Positions 62,801 to 64,000 of a stretch of DNA of 64,000 nucleotides are shown piece after piece. Each line of letters starts with the position of its first letter. The stretch's first letter is position 1. The stretch lies in assembly GCF_009914755.1 (NCBI RefSeq), contig NC_060929.1. One strand, given 5' to 3'. The notes below the pieces were generated by a model. It ran no database searches, was not told the DNA's origin, and saw only the letters and a list, made by a program, of their open reading frames with translations. Origin of the DNA: the human T2T-CHM13v2.0 reference genome, Homo sapiens. The translations under genes were made by a program, and so were the position numbers.

Positions 62801-64000
62801 CCCTGGAGCGGGAACAACCCTCCAGGACGTTAGTGATTGGGCACCACATCCCGCCACTTCAAGGGAGCCTGCCCTGATTACTTCAGTCAGAAGTGATCCC
62901 AGTTGGATTGCTTATTGCTTCGCGTTTCCAACATTTCCTCGACTCCTGTCATTCTGTATTTTAGTTCTTTGTGCGCGTATGATCTTTTCCCAAGTTACTT
63001 GAAAGGAGCGTGTGGGCAGACATTTTTACCGCATCGACAGCACTATACACGACTAGGCTTTTACTGGGCTACAATAAATACTTGTTGCGTGGGCATTTAC
63101 TTCGCAAATAGATTTCGTATTTAAGCAGGTAACTTTGTTACCTGCTTTTCTGTCCTTTTGAAGTTGTGGACTATGAGCTCTTATTAGAACTCATTAGATC
63201 TCATCACAACTTTAGATTGTTGATAGATTGTTAGGAACCTTGAGATTTTTATGTTAAAAATGACTATTTGCTATGTATTTAGCAATGACTGAAAGATATT
63301 TTATGTCTAGGAACAATGAAGGCTTTTGTTGTTAGTGCTAACAGTTCTTTGTTGAGGTACAATTAACAATCAGGGAAATGGACAAAACGTAAGGGTAAAG
63401 CTTGATGAAATTTAGCAAATATATAAACCGTGTAATCATCACCTGGATGAAGATAAAAAATATTTCTTTAACTACAGAAAATTCCTGTGACGGTGTTTTA
63501 AATCTCCGGAAGGCTGTCCAGACCAGAAATCTGAAAGTGATATTTATTTGACTCATTCTTCTCTCTCACTACCCACAGCCTGTTAGATTCTACATCCTTT
63601 GCCCATTCTGGTTGTCCCTGACTTAATTGAGGCCCTAATTATTTATTGTCCAGACTACTACATCTGTTTTAAATTGATTCTCTGAATTGATTGTCTTCCT
63701 CTGTTGCTCTCCTAATTGTTAGATCCCTTACACTACAGCCAGAGTGACACTTCTGAAGTAGAGATAAGATGATGGCATGCCCCTGACTTAGTCTCCATTG
63801 GTTTCTACTGCTTCCAAGATGAAATTTAAACTCTATGACAGCCTTCAAGGCCCTTCACAAGAAGGTCCATTCTAGCCCGTCAGCCTTCTCCTTTACCTCT
63901 CTGGTGTGCATGGCCTGTGCTCTAGGTTTGTTCAGGGAATCATGAAAGGCTTAGAGGTGGGAAGGCGCAAGGTGTTAGAGAAATAGCTAAAAAGCCCAAT

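Noticed and set aside
62448-63002. 184-codon ORF and overlapping ORFs in the DDX46 and CAMLG CpG islands
   Set aside because: Stop-codon depletion in GC-rich DNA; non-ATG starts; they run through the real splice donor.

Overview
Primate, very probably human, genomic DNA matching the SEC24A-CAMLG-DDX46 cluster (5q31.1 from memory); all three genes are on the + strand. It contains the last 10 coding exons of SEC24A (757-28720, phases checked by hand) with a ~2.8 kb Alu-free 3'UTR, the complete 4-exon CAMLG CDS (42248-54578, 891 nt, 296 aa), and the CpG-island promoter and first coding exon of DDX46. Introns and intergenic DNA are extremely Alu-rich (on the order of a hundred copies or fragments by eye, not counted). 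There are also L1/L2/MIR remnants, DNA-transposon fossils and two U6 snRNA retrocopies. Almost all ORF-track entries are Alu artefacts. I see no evidence for a new multi-gene system. The best second-look items are: (1) a 741-nt five-exon SEC24A block flanked by inverted Alus that would circularise into a stop-free endless ORF; (2) a duplicated SEC24A splice acceptor/pseudo-exon interrupted by a U6/L1 chimeric retrocopy; (3) a strong-Kozak uORF before DDX46; (4) a G-quadruplex expansion inside a CpG-retaining Alu at the CAMLG promoter; (5) near-spacerless inverted Alu palindromes.
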